A stretch of 64,000 nt of DNA from the human T2T-CHM13v2.0 reference genome, Homo sapiens, in the NCBI RefSeq assembly GCF_009914755.1, contig NC_060925.1; one strand, 5' to 3'. The notes under the pieces are model-generated. The model saw only the letters and a list, made by a program, of their open reading frames with translations. It had not been told where the DNA came from and did no database searches. Shown piece after piece: positions 60,926-64,000 of the stretch. Within the stretch, counting starts at the first letter, position 1. Each line of letters begins with the position of its first letter. Position numbers and translations under genes: made by a program.

Positions 60926-61855
60926 CACATCAGTCATTTCCCAGGGCAGAAGACACATCCTGGTGTCAGGGTGTTCTGGCCACGGCGAGACAGCAGTGAT
61001 CTCACGGTCTGTCACATCTCATAGTCTTTTACCTCCCGTATGGATTCCTCTCTGGAGGGGTTCTGCCCCGTGCCTTTGGCATGCAGTGTCCCTTCTACAC
61101 CCCCTTCCTCCAGCACCATCTTTCTGTTAAGATCCGCTGACCCCTCTGGACCTAGCTCCTGCATTGACTCATCCGCTTTCTCTAAAGGATTTCCATTAAG
61201 ACTTCTACCACACTGCCCCTTCATGCTTAGTTTCCAAGCGGTTGAAAAGATCAATATATTTTTCTGAGGCAAAATAAGAAATTCTGAGCACGATTTCATT
61301 TATCTTCCAGCTTCTCACTGTTTTTTTCAGCCTCACTGCTGTGGGCGTCCTTAAATGTGCTTTGTTCCAACTGGGAAACCTGCCTCTTTTCACCACTGAA
61401 GTATGGTTGAGACAAAGCACTGCCTAGATATGTTCACTCTATTTTGTTTTTAAATATGATTTACACAGTTGTTGCATTCCTGTGTCACTAACGAGTTTTT
61501 AAGCTTTTGTAATGCTTTAGTGTTGGCTCACACAATCATTAGGTTTGAAGAAGGAAGGAAAGGGAAGAAATAAAATGTATTGAACTCTCCTATGGGACAG
61601 AAACAGTGGCAGGTGACTTCACTTTTAGAGATTCAAAAATGACTTGTGGGGCCTGCAACATGTCAGGATTTTGCTTGGCCTCCTGTCTGGGTTAGGTGGC
61701 CTGGATCTGTGCTCTTAAAGCATTGTGCCTTTCACTTTTAAAATGTTTTGTTTTACTTAACATGTAGCTTATTTGGGCAGCAAACATAAGTAAGTTAGAT
61801 ACAGTTTCTAACTGGCAGACCTACACGAAAGAAAAACAAATAAGAAATAAGTTGT

Positions 61856-62183
<328 letters not shown>

Positions 62184-62607
62184 TTATTTTTTACATTTAA
62201 TATTAATTTTATGTCATTTGGAAAGTAACGTAATTCTCAAGGCTTGTGATAAAATAATAGCAGTCCTCAGTGCACGATCCCCAATTTCTACTCCTGAGAG
62301 GCAACCACATTCAGATTCTTAGGCTGTTTTTTCTGTTATTTACTTTCATATTTCTAAATAGCAGGCATAGACTACTGTGTTTTGCTTTTTGGCTTTTAGA
62401 AGTTATTTCCTACTCTAGAAAATTTTAGCCCTCTTATAAATCTCTTTCTTTATACTTCCAAGATAATCATATAAAAATTTTGGTTATATTAATATTTAAT
62501 ATTAATATGTTTTGACTGTATATTACTGCTGAATTACTTAGTGAACTATGATATTATCTTTTTGTATTATTTTTTGGTTTTATTGAATTAATACTTACTT
62601 GTCTCAG

Positions 62608-63928
62608 GTCCTCCCTCCCTCCTTCCCACTCTTTTTCTCCCCTTTCTTTTTCTTTTTTTTTTGTCGTTCTCCTTCATTTTCTCTCTTCCTTCCTCTCTCA
62701 CTTTCTCACCCTTCTTTCCTCCCTTCCTTCCCCCACCTCTTTCCTCCCTCCCTGTCTTCCCTTCCTCTTCCCCATTCCCTTCCCTCCCCTTCCCTTCCCT
62801 CCCCTCCCCTCCCCATCTCTTCTCCTTCCTTCCTTCCTCCCTCCCTCCCTCCCTTCCTGCCTCCCTCCCTTCCTGCCCTCCCTCCCTCCCTCCCTCCCTC
62901 CCTCCCTCCCTCCCTTCCTGCCTCCCTCCCTCCCTTCCTGCCTCCCTCCCTCCCTCCCTTCCTGCCTCCCTCCCTTCCTCCCTCCCTCCCTCCCTCCCTT
63001 CCTCCCTCCCTCCCTCCCTTCCTGCCTCCCTCCCTTCCTGCCTCCCTCCCTCCCTCCCTCCCTTCCTGCCTCCCTCCCTTCCTGCCTCCCTCCCTCCCTC
63101 CCTCCCTCCCTGCCTCCCTCCCTTCCTCCCTCCCTTCCTCCCTTCCTGCCTCCCTCCCTTCCTGCCTCCCTCCCTCCCTTCCTGCCTCCCTCCCTTCCTG
63201 CCTCCCTTCCTGCCTCCCTCCCTCCCTCCCTTCCTGCCTCCCTCCCTCCCTTCCTGCCTCCCTCCCTTCCTGCCTCCCTTCCTCCCTCCCTCCCTCCCTC
63301 CCTTCCTGCCTCCCTCCCTCCCTTCCTGCCTCCCTCCCTTCCTGCCTCCCTCCCTTCCTGCCTCCCTTCCTCCCTCCTTCCCTCCCTCCCTTCCTGCCTC
63401 CCTCCCTTCCTCCCTCCCTCCCTCCCTCCCTTCCTCCCTCCCTCCCTCCCTCCCTCCCTTCCTGCCTCCCTCCCTTCCTGCCTCCCTCCCTCCCTCCCTC
63501 CCTTCCTGCCTCCCTCCCTTCCTCCCTCCCTCCCTCCCTTCCTGCCTCCCTCCCTCCCTCCCTCCCTTCCTGCCTCCCTCCCTCCCTCCCTCCCTCCCTC
63601 CCTTCCTGCCTCCCTCCCTCCCTCCCTCCCTCCCTTCCTGCCTCCCTCCCTCCCTCCCTCCCTCCCTTCCTGCCTCCCTCCCTCCCTCCCTGCCTCCCTC
63701 CCTCCCTCCCTCCCTTCCTGCCTCCCTCCCTCCCTCCCTCCCTCCCTTCCTGCCTCCCTCCCTCCCTCCCTCCCTTCCTCCCTTCCTGCCTCCCTCCCTC
63801 CCTCCCTTCCTGCCTCCCTCCCTTCCTCCCTCCCTCCCTTCCTCCCTCCCTCCCTCCCTCCCTCCCTTCCTGCCTCCCTCCCTTCCTTTCTTCTTCCTTC
63901 CTTCCTCCCTCCCTCCCTCTTTTCCTCC
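62608..63928. repeat. 1.3-kb polypyrimidine compound tandem repeat (CCCT/CCTT/CCTG)
   Basis: Nearly pure C/T; from ~62820 built of (CCCT)n runs punctuated by about 35 CTTCCTG modules. Confidence 0.97.
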
Positions 63929-64000
63929 AGGAGTCATCTATCCTTCTGTTCCAGTCAGCACTGGTTCCTCCAGTCAGCACTGTTCCTCTCCAGGCCTGCC

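Noticed and set aside
62588-63980. 449-aa and 424-aa minus-strand ORFs (GREGG repeats)
   Set aside because: A purine-only repeat cannot encode stops; weak start context; no evidence of an antisense transcript

Overview
Human (primate) non-coding DNA, roughly half interspersed repeats: Alu of J, S and Y age, L1PA/MA/MC/ME, L2, MIR, THE1/MLT1/LTR16 LTRs, and MER/MADE1 DNA elements. A single CpG island (~36.7-38.5 kb) holds a + strand non-coding first exon ending at a GT donor (37657/37658). From memory I recognise it as exon 1 of CHRM3 (muscarinic M3 receptor, 1q43); no database check was possible. About 37 kb is therefore upstream region and about 26 kb is intron 1. No protein-coding exon is supported; all listed ORFs come from repeats, low complexity or GC-rich sequence. 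I found no convincing new multi-gene system. Best leads: (1) a 1.3-kb CCCT/CCTT/CCTG compound repeat forming a 1,321-nt AG-free zone that ends in a canonical 3' splice acceptor; (2) two minimal uORFs (AUG-UGA, AUG-AAC-UGA) that are the only AUGs in exon 1; (3) a 54-bp (GT)14-A-(CG)9 Z-DNA tract about 560 bp upstream of the TSS; (4) a retrocopy of a tRNA-Cys 5' half ending at the anticodon with a target-site duplication (TSD); (5) a 2.1-kb Sau3AI fragment matching my recollection of the STAR7 anti-repressor element; (6) a perfect intronic CTCF core; (7) a template-switch hairpin in a THE1 LTR. Repeat subfamily calls and boundaries of old repeats were made by eye and are approximate.
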